DNA of 20,000 bases from Catajapyx aquilonaris (lineage: Eukaryota): contig JYFJ02001477.1 in NCBI GenBank assembly GCA_000934665.2, forward strand, positions 58,722 through 78,721, given 5' to 3'. This document shows positions 1-11,764 of the stretch, one piece after another. Position 1 is the stretch's first letter. Each line of letters begins with the position of its first letter. Made by a program: the position numbers and the translations under genes. Below the pieces are notes generated by a model that was given only the letters and a program-made list of their open reading frames with translations, searched no databases and was not told the origin of the DNA.

Positions 1-2299
1 CTTGCATGCCGTGAGGTTATCCGCAGGAAGTTTGAGCAGATGTTGACAGAGGAACATGGAAACAAGGTTCAGGATGTGCTGAACGACATAGTGATGTCAA
101 CAGTGAACACTTATGCGAACGAGGATAAACCAGCGATGCAGAGATCGTTACTTTCTGAGTTTGTATCTCGGCCTCATACGTGCGTCCCTCTTGGAAAGGT
201 TGGTTCAATGCAGAAGAGCTTGACATTGCCTATGATAATCTCACTTTATGACAGGGTAGTTTACGTGATTTTCTTATTTCAGAGCGGGCATCCAGATATG
301 ACTGTAATTACAATTGCAGACTTGCTAACAATGCTGCTCCAGTGCCTTTTTACGGACGACAAGGATTTCCCTGACGCCAACTTTTGGCGGACAGTAACGT
401 TGGACGAGGATGACCTCAAGTCGAAGGCTTTGCTTGGAGTTGTGGATGCATGCGGAGCCAGTGGATACATCTCGCTACGTGATGCGACAGGACGAGTCCC
501 ACTGCACGTTTTGGGCGAAGTTGATGTGACTAAAATTGAAGGACATGTGGTGCACCTGAAGAAGTACAGAGTGACTCGTGAAATGTTCCAGTTTGAACAA
601 GGGCCGAGAAAGCCTGCTGTGTTTCGCAAGTATGTCCAGGTAGAAGCGGAAGACATTGTCATCTTGAAACGTGCTTACAACCCCAACGCAATCCCACCGT
701 TACGTATTAACGATCTGGTGCAGAAAGTGTACCTCCATTTTAAAACACCTCCGTTCTTGCTGCTGGAAAATGGTGTGTACTCCCCTGTGTTTCTGTGTTA
801 CGTGTCCTTCTGCGGATTGGCCAGTGTTGCCCCTTCCAACCTGATTCTCGAGAGTGACTTTGTGTCAATGCGGGACGATACACGTAAGGGCTTGCTGCTG
901 TTCAAGGAGCTCCGATTGTACCATCAGTTAGAGCACAACAATGGGTACCTGGTAGCCGTCCCTTACGCAGGCGACAATCGCGTGTTCTACAAAAAGAAGT
1001 GAGTGTCACTGCAAAAAAATGCAGACAGTGTTACTGATTGTTGCTTGTTTGGCAGGTTCCAGCTCCCGATTTTGGATTCACTCGGAAGCATCCTGCAGAC
1101 AAAGGAGGCTGCTGTTGTACCGACGAAGGCCAGGGTATTCCCTCTGAAAGGGGATGACGAAGAGTCTCGTCTCATGCGCGGCAAGGAGTTGCTCAGCGTT
1201 CATGACGCTATAACAAAAATGGGTGTGGACGAGATGGAATCTGTTGTGGGCGTCTTGCATGTAAGGAAGCACCAGCAGCCCAGGTACCCGTATGTGCACA
1301 GCGCGACCAGAAGCTGCATGAGTTCGGACGACCACTACGGGATTCCAGGGAAGAAGACCCTTATACTGAGCGTTCGCGATGAAAACCTGACTTCCTCCGT
1401 CATCTGCTGCTACGTGTCTCACTGGGACAACACGCAGTATCCACTTGCGCTCTTGCCCGGTTCGAAAATCAGGTTGGACCACGTGAAGAGAAAGCAAGGA
1501 CGATCGCATCCGTACCTTCTGTCGACTCCTCTGACCCGGATTACTGTGCTGACCCTGCCTGTTGAGACCATCGTGGATAACGCTTTTGACGATATGTTCA
1601 ACTGGGGTCCTCACCGTTTCCTGAGCCAAGTGGAGAATATGGGCGCACGTTTTTGGTGTGTGGTGACGCCTACGAAGGTCATGAAACTGTACATTCGGGC
1701 CTTCTGTAAGAACTGTAAGAGCGCCGAAGTTAAAGGCGGGGCGTGCCGATATGTTGGGTGTCTCAAGCGGTACGACCTCAAGTACACAGTGAGATCAAAG
1801 TAAGTGTTTATTTTTTAACTACAATGTCGAGGATAATTTTTAAAAAAACGATTTGTGCTGCAGGGTCCAAGCACAGGATGGAACCAGGGAGGTTTCATTG
1901 TATTTTCGTGGCGATGCTGTTCGCGTGGTTCTCAACATGACCCAGCAGAACTGGACTCGAGTGCTGTCCCTTGCAAACGATACAGGAGAATTCTGCTTCC
2001 TCATGCCTGTGAGTGCCTTTCTCTGCATAGTGTAAATTTAGCACGTACATATTTATGTGATGTTTCAGGCTGCTGCGGATCGTCCCTCGTTGTCCCAGGC
2101 AGGGGCCGTCTTCTTAAAGTACACTGAATGCGGGGCAATATGGCATCCCATTGTCGTGGTGGCAACCAAGATGGAACATGGGGAGGGCACCAGTCGGGCA
2201 GGCAGTGGCGGACACCCTCTCCTGTCCGTCCTACATGCGGAAGCGCACAACCCAAGGAAGCAAGTTAAATTCCTACTCGCACAGCGCAAGAGCACTTGA
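1..2299 (+). CDS. CTC1: CST complex subunit CTC1, 3' portion (start lies upstream of the window); exons <1-198, 283-998, 1056-1799, 1864-2008, 2069-2299
   Basis: Four GT-AG introns (199-282, 999-1055, 1800-1863, 2009-2068; 84/57/64/60 nt) join the track ORFs in phase to a TGA at 2297-2299. The C-terminal half matches remembered CTC1 motifs: YPLALLPGSKIRLDHVKRKQGRSHPY (cf. [25 protein letters not shown]), a zinc ribbon FCKNCKS...GACRYVGC, VQAQDGTREV (cf. LVEDGTAEA) and WHPIVV (cf. LRPIVL). Confidence 0.88.
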
Positions 2300-2946
2300 A
2301 ACGCACACTGGGCGATTCACTCAGCTCAACAAGGAGCTCCAATAATAATTGAGATGAACGAATCAGATTTTTATGTAAGAATTTTCTATTTTTTGATAAA
2401 AATATATTGAGTTCTGTGATATATTTGCCGTCGAGGAAATATATATTTATTAGTTTATTATTTATGAATGTAGTGTCTAAGACAAGGGGGAGTGAATATG
2501 AAGTTGTTTGTGAAGTCTGTGTCAGGTCAACTTGACGGCTCCTGTAAATGCAATAATTGTTATGAATCAATCAGCATTAAAAGTATTATTTATTTATTTA
2601 TTTATTTAATTACCCCATTCTCTGACCTAAGGCCATTTTTAAAGTTTGTATTGTTCATGATGAAAAGTGTGTATAGGTGCTGGATATGATGGGTCTTTAC
2701 AGTTTTCACGGCACACAGTTCAAGGTACATGACCAATTACTTGTACGGTTACGGATGGCATTGACTTTCCCCCCAATTGCAGTTCAACCAGCCCGCCCTC
2801 TGCATCAACCCTGTGGGCTCCAACTGGACCTGCACGCTGGGCTCCCAGAAGGTCCGCATCCAGGAGACTCCGGCCGGGGTGCCAAGGGGATGCATTCCGA
2901 GAAGGTGGCCACTCATGCACTATTTACTATTGACAATAACTAATTA

Positions 2947-3195
2947 CTACAGTCCGGATTTTTAGGCAAATGCCTATTTAGTTCCTTTGCCAGTTGGGAT
3001 GGTTTTGTGAAGAGATCTATCTGTTTCATAAAGTGCAGGATGTGGAAAATGTAGTGTCTAAAATGGCCTATTTCGTGGTTTTGGGAACTATTTTGCCTAT
3101 TGGGCCTTTTTGCGACTTTTCATGCCTATTTGGCCTTTTGGGGGATAGTTTTTGAACTTTTTGAAGCAATTTCGGGACTCTTTGGGCCTATTCCG
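2947..3195. mobile_element. Probable degenerate non-autonomous DNA transposon (MITE-like), right end truncated
   Basis: Left end ctacagtccggatttttaggc; five internal gcctatt motifs; the right end gcctattccg is only a partial inverted match to the left end. No TSD found. Confidence 0.4.
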
Positions 3196-4458
3196 TCAGG
3201 GGCATGTTCAGTGCAAGTCACCGAGACTTGGGGGATACACACAAAAAAATTATGCAGATGTACAGTATGTTAATGACAACGATGAATTAAATTTTTGTGG
3301 AAAAACAACGCAGTTGAATAGGTGTCTTTCAAAAGTATCTCTGTTTCCAGATTTTCCACGTAGCCCGGTTTCTGGATAAATCCGTGCACGTGGTCCCTGA
3401 CGCATGGGTCAGCAAAGCCAATATAAAGAGTGCAAATTAATTTCCACCGGATGATTGGACAGGCCTGGATGTTACCAAGGCGATTTTGGCGCCCAAACCA
3501 CCTGCTGACAAACGCTTACTATCGAAGTGGTATTTACCCGTGGTATGTATGGCTCTGCACTTATCTTATTTGGACCTGGGGCTGTAACTGTGTAGATTGC
3601 ATGCACGTCGCTCATTACTTTTCAAACAATCACTTCTAGCGATTATGAAGAATATAAAACTGCCAGTAAGCACACACTTGGTCCTTGATGTGAGAGTTAT
3701 TCATTTACTGGCACCTTTTCAAAACCTTATAGGCCTGCATTAGTTCAAAAGGAATGAGCCCATTCACCGTAGCAGAGTACTTGCAGCTAATGCTGTGTTT
3801 AAATTACCTTTAAAAGTAGCGATTCCAGAGTAAATGCAGAGTAAATGCAGAGAAAATACGTCACTTGCGCACTATATTTCTATCACCTGGTTTTTAATGA
3901 AATTGTTTCCGCTTGTGCACATATTACTTATTCTGTCCTCAGAATTTCAAGTCCAGATAATCAAGACTCTCACCAATCTGCAGAAGGACATAGCAGAAAT
4001 AAAGCTCATGATGAATGACAGTTCTGCAAGGATGCCTACCATCAGTCATAATGCGAAGGACATATTTTTGGGAATACTTCCCATTAACAGTGACAGCTCA
4101 CTGGAGAGTGTAGAGGGCTACCTGGGAGAATCTCCTGACAACGTTGAAAGGATGGTATGCCTGTTTGTAAATTTTTTCACTTTAACTTAATATGTGATCG
4201 TACAAGGAACACTGCTACGTGACTTGTAATGCGGAGAAATCCCGTACAAAAATTTTGGGCCCGAAGTTATTCTTAAGCGTGTGATTGAATATTTCCTCAC
4301 TTCACAGTGTCCTATTTTTCAACACCTTTCAGGTTTTGTATCTGTCCACGGGTGGACGTGACGACGCCCGAGAATTTCTATCTCCATGAATAATTAAAAG
4401 TGCTCTAACAATTGTTTTGAGAAAATCATGTATCAACGGTTCAAAAAGAATTGTCCCT

Positions 4459-4820
4459 CGCGTCGAGCGGGCAGCCACGCGTCAGGATGAAAGCAACCAG
4501 TTAACTGGTTCCTTTCATCCTGACGCGTGGCTTCCCGCTCGACTGATGATTTGGACTGATGATACACCATTAGATACAGCTCATTTTATATATCAGAAAT
4601 ATCGGGAATATGTTACTAACGAGAAATTCATTTTTAGATTTTTTTTTTTTTTTTCAATGAGCCCCTTCAATTATGCTTCTTTAGTGTAATTTTCTAAAGT
4701 TTTTATTTCAAAGTAAATGCAAGGGAGGTTTTTTTTTCTTAAATAGGATGAGTAAATATGTCATAAAGTACTAGCTTGTACTGTGTATTATTTTATACCA
4801 ATGTCACCCGCAGAGATAAG
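4459..4820. mobile_element. 362-bp insertion flanked by a 7-bp direct repeat tgtccct (4452-4458 and 4821-4827)
   Basis: Removing it plus one tgtccct rejoins DUF4806-like coding sequence. It has no terminal inverted repeats but carries an 82-bp palindrome at its left end. Confidence 0.6.
4462..4543. repeat. 82-bp spacerless palindrome centred on gTTAAc
   Basis: Two 41-bp arms; 39 of 41 positions pair (mismatches 4472/4533 and 4494/4511). Confidence 0.97.
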
Positions 4821-5296
4821 TGTCCCTGCACGTGTCCAGGTTTTTTAAAGTGGACTTCGCATGCCAGCTCCACATTTAATTCAAAAAGTTAATTGAGGTT
4901 CCATTTCAGAGGTAGTGCGGAAGCTCTTTCCGGGCGTAAAGGATCGGGATGTTGAGCTGGACACGGCCAATTATCTCAGGTACAGAGGCCATCAATGTGT
5001 AAACCATTCCCAAGCCATGTTTGCCACTGTTTACATGAAAGTTACGGAGTATAACTTTTAACATGATTGTATGATATAACCATTGTGAATAACATTTTAT
5101 AACAGTTAAATTATATTATTATGATGTAATATAGTAAACTAGGTATAGCGTATATTGCAATAGCTTTCATTGCATTTTGTTGCAGCAGCGAGTAGCAGTG
5201 ACGCAGGTAGCAGCTACTTTTCAATCGCGCATATTCACCTCCCACTCAGTCTGTTGTTCTTCTTTCCAGGCGTCCGAATGCACCCTCTCCAAAATC

Positions 5297-5306
5297 CAAG
5301 ATGGCG
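5297..5306 (+). promoter_or_regulatory. YY1/Pho-type motif CAAGATGGCG in the presumed 5' region of ZNF gene A
   Basis: Exact match to the AAGATGGCG core about 140 nt upstream of the ATG at 5442. Confidence 0.4.
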
Positions 5307-5441
5307 TCCCTCTGAAGAATAATTCTCCTTCGCTTCTCTCTTCCTCTTCGGATTCCCTCTGATTCGCACTGTTCTTGGCGAGGTTCTTGGAAAGGGTTGG
5401 TGAAGAGAAGGAACGCGAGTGGAACGCCCCTGAAGAAGGCC

Positions 5442-7100
5442 ATGTCGCTGACCCAGACCATCAAGAAGGAAGCGGAGGACGAGGAGATCACGACAGAGGA
5501 GACTTGGCTCCTGAGGATCAAGGAGGAGACGCCTTCCTGCCTGGAGGAGGACCCTGGCTTCTTTGAAAGATACGCTTCAGGGGCTGGAGGTGTAGAAGGG
5601 AAGGAAGATGACGGCAGGGTGGCTGAGGTAAGCATGTGGATTACCTCCGTTAATCAGTATAAGGTTATGAGAGAGCATAATGTGGGATCAGATCATAACC
5701 ACAATATCAGAGGACTGCTCATTTCAGTACTTAATATGAAGATTAACTTATCTGAATGCATTTCATTTCAGCCGTCAGCAGGACATGAAGAGGAGGAAGA
5801 GTGTGCAGATGAAAATACAGCTGCGGACAGTGGTTTGATCTTGACCATCAGTGTCAAACCAGAGCCAGAGACACTGCAAAGTTCTTCCACAACGGAAATT
5901 CTTCAGAGCTTCAGGATGATAAAGCAGAACCATTCAGATGATAGTCTGGGGAAGGGAAAGGTGGGTCGCATTGAATTCGAAGCAGGAATTTGTATTGTTA
6001 AATATTTTATGCGATGATTTCATTCGTAGGAAAATGCAATCCAAGAGAGTGTGAAGGCACGGAATTCTTCCCCTTTCCTGGTCCATGGGATGGTTTTTGA
6101 TGAGGAAAAGAAGGCCATAGCCCACAGACTTGCCCACAGTACTTTCCAGTGCGATGTTTGTGGCAAGGTATGCAAGACTTTGGGAAATCTGACCAGACAC
6201 AAGGAGGTCCATCCAGGAGAGAAGCCCCACAAGTGCACCAGATGCGACAAGTCCTTCTTCTCAGAGCACAGGCTGCAGCTTCACATTTCCTCCCATGACC
6301 CTGATGGTGAACTCGTCTGTCACACTTGCAACATGTCCTGCAGCACAAAACGTGCTCTGCGGAAGCATATAAAAGTGCACCAGCGAATTCATGTTTGCAG
6401 TGTGTGCGACAAGGCATTTACAAGCGAATCTGACTTAAAGAGGCATGCACCTGTACATGTGAAGGAGAAACCCTTTCTTTGCGATGTTTGCAACATTAGA
6501 TTTAAGTACATGAAGGGCTTGAAACGTCACAAGAAATGGAATCATGCTGAGCAGAAGCAACTATTAAAATGCAAATTCTGCCCATCCACTTTCAAGAATG
6601 AGATGTACCTCAAGCGTCACTTGAAGAGGCATACGGAGTCAGGCTCAAAGAGAAGGTTCAGATGTACTCTGTGTGGAAAGGCATTCACTATGAGGCATGA
6701 TTTGGAAAGTCATGTTTGTACTCACACTGGGGAAAGGCCCTTTGAATGTGACGCGTGTGGTAAGGCTTTTCGTATGGCAAGGTATTTGAAAAATCACAAG
6801 TTGCTGCACATGGAAGATGAATCTCACTTATGCACAGAATGTGGGAAATTCTTCAAGTCCAGAAATGCCCTTTACTGTCACAAGAGGACCCATAAAAGTC
6901 CACCAAAACAGTTCAAATGCCCCCATTGTTCTAAGTTTCTCAGAAGGAAGGATGAACTAGAGGACCACATTCGGCAGAGGCACACTGGGGAGAGGCCTTG
7001 TGCTTGTGACATTTGCGGGAAAAAATTTGCAAGCAGAGATAATATCAGACAGCATGCTAACAGACACGGTAAGGAAAAGCCACCCAAATCCAGCAAATGA
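5442..7100 (+). CDS. C2H2 zinc-finger protein, paralog A (~481 aa; 11 intact fingers plus 1 degenerate); exons 5442-5627, 5772-5960, 6030-7100
   Basis: Phase-0 GT-AG introns 5628-5771 and 5961-6029 at positions conserved in the paralogs. Acidic N-terminus IKKEAEDEEITTEETWLLRIKEE...VKPEPE, repeated CxxC-x12-Hx3-4H with TGERP linkers. The first finger has lost its Cys residues (PFLVHG vs PCLVCG). The start ATG is inferred from paralog C. Confidence 0.9.
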
Positions 7101-7529
7101 GAAAAGCGTTTCGAGACTCACCCAGGATCAAACTGTAGCTTAGTTGTTTAATTATTACGGGCAACCATTCCCACGTCGTTGTTGTGCCGAGGCTTTTGAG
7201 AGACATCGTGACCTTCTCAGAAGCAAGAAAAAAGTGCTGCGATTTCTCCCAAAACCAAATGAATTTGGAGTGCCATTTGAGGAAATGTTAAGAAGGAAAT
7301 GTGTTACCAAGAGACATGCTCTATAATCTAGATAATTCATGTGCAATCCTCTATTGGAAAAAAAATATATATTTTCCTCAACTCCTTTCCATTCTTTAAA
7401 ACCTCATTTACAGCATGAATGCAAATCCCGGTGGTTTTAATGAATATAATCTGAGTTATATTTAATTAATTAGATTGGATATGCAGCCACTATAATAATA
7501 ATATTAATTGGCCCTTCAAACATCACAGG

Positions 7530-9116
7530 CAAGCGGAGGAGGACGAAGAGATGACGACGGAGGAGACTTGGCTCCTGCAGGTTAAGGAAGAGGACCCTGG
7601 CTTCTTTGAAAGATATGTTTCAGGCGCTAAAGACAGGGTGGGAATGGAGAAAGGTGACGGCAGGGTGGCCACGGTAAGCATGTGGATCGTCTCCGTTGGT
7701 TATTATGAAGGGGCCTGTAGAGAGAGCAGATCAGAGGACTGCTCCTGATGATCGGCCTCTCCATGCATTTAATTTCAGCCGCAAGTAGAACATGAAGAGG
7801 CAGGTGTGGGTGCGGGTGAAAATGCAGCTGCGGATAGTGGTTTGATCTTGACCATCAGTGTCAAGCCAGAGCCAGACGCTTCTTCCAAAATGGAAATTCT
7901 GAAGAGTTTCAGGATGGCCACGTACAAGCATTTAGACAAGAGTCTGGAGAAGGGAAACGTGGGTGATGTAAGGTCACGTAGATTTTTAACCAGTTGCCGT
8001 GACAAGATCCTGCAGAAGTAGTCTTTTTATGATTTCTTGCTGTCATTTTTTGTAGGCAAAGGCTAATCAAGAGAGCAGGAAGGCACAGACTCGTTTCCCT
8101 TGCCCTGTCTGTGGATTGGTTTTTGATGAGGAAAGGAAGCTTGCTTGGAGCCCACAGATGCTCCCACATTACTTTCCCTTGTGATGTTTGTGGCAAGACA
8201 TGCATGACTTTGGGAACTCTGACCACCCACAAGGAAGCCCATCCGGGTGAGAAGCCCCACAAGTGCACCAGATGCGACAAGTCCTTCTTCTCAGAGCACA
8301 GGCTGCAGCTTCATGCTTCCTCCCATGTCTCTGGTGGTGAACTCGTGTGGCCTGTTTGCAATAAGACCTACAGCAAAAGACCTTCGTTAGTGGCTCATGT
8401 AAGAGAGCACCAGAGAACTCATGTTTGCAGAGTGTGCGACAAGGCATTTTTAAGCAAATCTGTGTGGAAGAGACATGCAAGTGTACATGTGAAAGGGAGA
8501 CCCTTTGCTTGCGATGTTTGCCACGGTAGATGTAAGACTAAGAAGACCTTGAAAGTTCACAAGAAATTGAAGCATGCTGAGCAGACGCAAGTATTCAAAT
8601 GCAAACTCTGCCCCTCCACTTTCAATAATGAGACATATCTCAAGTATCACTTGAAGAGACATAAGGGGACAAGGTCAGAGAGAAGGTTCAAGTGCACTGT
8701 GTGTGGAAAGGCATTCACTAAGAAGGGTAATTTGGAACAGCATGGCATGACTCACACTGGGGAAAGGCCCTTTGAATGTGACGTGTGTGGTGCGAGGCTT
8801 TTCGTTGGGCGAGTAATTTAAAAGAGCACAAGTTGCTGCACATGGAAGATGAATCTCATATTTGTGGAGAGTGTGGGAAATACATGAAGTCGAGAAGGGT
8901 CACGAGAGGAGACATATGATTCTACAAAAATGCCCTCATTGTGATAAAGCTTTCAGCTGGAAGAGTGAAGTAGAGGTCCACATTCGGCAGAAGCACACTG
9001 GGGAGAGGCCTTACACTTGTGACATTTGCGGGAAAAGATTTGCAGGCAGAGATAATATCAGGCAGCATTTCAAGGTAGTACATTGTAAGGAAAAGCCACT
9101 CAAATCCAGCAAATGA
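7530..9116 (+). pseudogene. C2H2 ZNF paralog B, 5'-truncated pseudogene; exons ~7530-7673, 7779-7958, 8056-9116
   Basis: Same exon layout as A. A 4-bp cttg duplication at ~8140 frameshifts exon 3 (stop at 8182-8184). It also has a +2 insertion at ~8792, a ~10-bp deletion at ~8898 and Cys>Trp in finger 4 (LVWPVC). It abuts A's 3' flank with no promoter-like region. Confidence 0.88.
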
Positions 9117-10107
9117 AGAAATTGTTTTGAGACTTGCTCAGGATCAAACAGTCACTTATTTATTCTGATGAGAGACCCGCCTTCCTATGTCACTGTTGTG
9201 TCAAGGTTTCTAAAAGACTAATACCTTCTCAGCCTCAAATAAAAGTGCTGCGATACCCTGCAGAATCGAACTCATTCAAGGCTGTTTGAGGAAATGCTAC
9301 GGAAAACGTAGGAGACAATCTCATATTATTTCACTTGTAATCGCATTCATTTGGGAATAGAAGTAAAACAGGTTTTTTTTCTCCCTCAACTGCTTTCCCT
9401 TCTTTAAAACCTATTTTACATGTTGCTTGCAAGTGCTGGCTGTTTAATTGACTAGATCTGGAATTTAATTAATTAAATTGGACCTGCCAACCACAATATT
9501 TGCCCTTGAAATAAATTATTACTTTCATAAATGTACTGAAACAAGGCCGCGCACCTTCACCAGATGATTTTAACCCATTTGATTTCCTCGTGAAACCGGT
9601 ATTTTAACAATATTTTATGGCATGCATTTATTATAATATTTGCATATATTTTCGCTCTTCTTCCATAACTGGTTAGACAGAGTAGCAGTTACACTAGCAG
9701 TTACCTTCATAATAGCGCATAAGTGAGTCCCTGCCTTTGTCAGCCATCGGAATGCGGCCATCACAGAACAAGTGAATAGCGACAGGCGTGCTCTTTTGCT
9801 CAGGCGGCGTCCTTCAGCTAATTAATCGTCATTATTTTGCTAATTGGCGTCGATTTGCTGAACTTTTTGTGGGGGAAAGGAGACTGGTAAGTGAAGGGAG
9901 ACGTTCAGGTGACGACCGCAGTAACCAGTTGGCTTATTAAAACCCGTTGACATATGTAACCAGACCTGGACAAACATTTGCCTGTGGTTGTCAATGGGAA
10001 TGACAATGGTTCGCATGAAATTCTTGGCCATGAGCCCGTGACATTATGCCCGACACACCTTCTGAGAGTAACATGTTTTTTGTTTTTTTTAAACAGTAGC
10101 TAGAACC

Positions 10108-11764
10108 ATGTCGTCATCACTGCGGACCATCAAGAAGGAAGCGGAGGACGAGGAGATGACGACGGAGGAGACTTGGCTCCTGCGGATCAAGGAGGAGACG
10201 CCTTCCTGCCTGGAGGAGGAGGACACTGGCTTCTTTGGAAGATACGCTTCAGGGGCGAAGGACATGGGAATAAAGGAAGAAGATGATGGGAATGTGGTAA
10301 AGAATGTAGATCGGGGGTAACCTGCTCTTCCCACGGCCTCTTTCCATGCTAATGTAATCAAGATTCACCTGGGCAACCAAACATATAAACGAACTTAGCA
10401 TTTTATATTAGAGATTTTAAATAACCTCATGGCTGTGACATTGTGTAGGGCTGTTTGCTCATTGTGGTCCTGATGATTAAGCCATCCATGGGTTTTATTT
10501 CAGCCAACATTTTCAAACAATGAGGAGACAGAGGGTGCGGGTGAAAATGTGGCTGCGGACAGCACTGGTTTGATCTTGACCATCAGGGTCAAACCAGAGC
10601 CAGAAGCAGTCCGAGGTCCTCGCACAACGGATATTCTGAAGCGTTTCAGGATGGCAAAGAAGAACCATTCAGATGGGAGTCCTAGTAAAGAAAAGGTGGG
10701 TCGCATATCATTCAAAGCAAAATTGTACTGTTCAATAATATTGTATGCTACGTAGGCCTACTATTGTTTTGTAGGCACAGACTTCTTTCCCTTGCTTGGT
10801 CTGTGGAATGGTTTTTGATGAGGAAAAGAAGGCCATAGCCCACAGACTTGCCCACAGTACTTTCCAGTGCGATGTTTGTGGCAAGGTATGCAAGACTTTG
10901 GGAAATCTGACCACCCACAAGGAATCCCATCCAGGAGAGAAGCCCCACAAGTGCACCAGATGCGACAAGTCCTTCTTCTCAGAGCACAGGCTGCAGCTTC
11001 ACATTTCCTCCCATGACCCTGATGGTGAACTCGTCTGTCACACTTGCAACAAGTCCTTCAGCACAAAACGTACTCTGTGGAATCATATAAAAGTGCACCA
11101 GCGAATTCATGTTTGCAGTGTGTGCGACAAGGCATGTACAAGCAAATCTGACTTAAAGAGGCACACAAGTGTACATGTGGAAGAGAGACCCTTTCCATGT
11201 GATGTTTGCAACACTAGATTTAAGACTATGGGGAACTTGAAACGTCACAAGAAATTGATGCATGCTAAGCAGACACAACTATTAAAATGCAAATTCTGTC
11301 CCTCCACTTTCAAGAATGAGATGTACCTCAAGCGTCACTTGAAGAGTCATACGGATGCAGGCTCAGAGAGAAGATTCAGGTGCACTGTGTGTGGAAAGGC
11401 ATTCACTAAGAAGAGTCATTTGGCAAGGCATGGTGCTACTCACACTGGGGAAAGGCCCTTTGAATGTGACGTGTGTGGGAAGGCTTTTTGTCAGGCAAGT
11501 AATTTTAAGAGGCATAAGTTGCTACACATGGATGATGAATCTCATGTTTGCGGAGAGTGTGGGAAATGCTTCAAGTCGAGAAGTGCCGCCCTCTACCGTC
11601 ACACGAGGAGACATAAAATTCCACCAAAACAGGTCAAATGCCCCCATTGTTCTAAGTATTTTCAATGCCAGAGCCTTGTAGAGGCCCACATTCGGCAGAG
11701 GCACACTGGGGAGAGCCTTACGCTTGTGACATTTGCGGGAAAAGATTTGCAAGCAGACAAATGA
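10108..11764 (+). CDS. C2H2 ZNF paralog C (11 fingers; 12th lost to a 1-bp deletion; may be a nascent pseudogene); exons 10108-10296, 10504-10695, 10775-11764
   Basis: Phase-0 introns. gagagcct at 11711-11718 lacks one G relative to gagaggcct in the paralogs; restoring it gives YACDICGKRFASRQMIRRHMMLVH and a TAA at 11821-11823. One extra Ala in finger 10 (SRSAALYRH). A 5'UTR acceptor lies at 10095-10096. Confidence 0.8.

Larger units (their letters stand above)
3943..4990 (+). pseudogene. Decayed DUF4806-like gene (transposon-associated domain); exon remnants 3943-4154, 4333-4458 plus 4828-~4859, 4910-~4990
   Basis: AG/GT-bounded exons translate to FQVQIIKTLTNLQKDIAEIK...LPINSDSSLESVEGYL...NVERM | VLYLSTGGRDDAREF..IIKSALT...INGSK..LSLHVSRFFKVDF | EVVRKLFPGVKDRDVELDTANYLRY. 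This resembles the DUF4806 pattern (LP..S...L...E..L; YL..IGG; AVRK.FP.....EI...I..WL). Frameshifts, a lost donor near 4860 and an insertion disable it. Confidence 0.65.

Noticed and set aside
40..1803. ORFs 40-1002 and 1003-1803 as two separate genes
   Set aside because: They are exons of one CTC1 gene joined across the 999-1055 intron.
3344..3378. Weak inverted repeat tccaga...tctgga
   Set aside because: Arms are short enough to be expected by chance.
3826..3857. cagagtaaatg tandem repeat (about 3 copies)
   Set aside because: Ordinary local slippage duplication.
5397..6017. 206-aa ORF as a stand-alone protein
   Set aside because: It is exons 1-2 of ZNF A read through an in-frame intron and on into intron 2.
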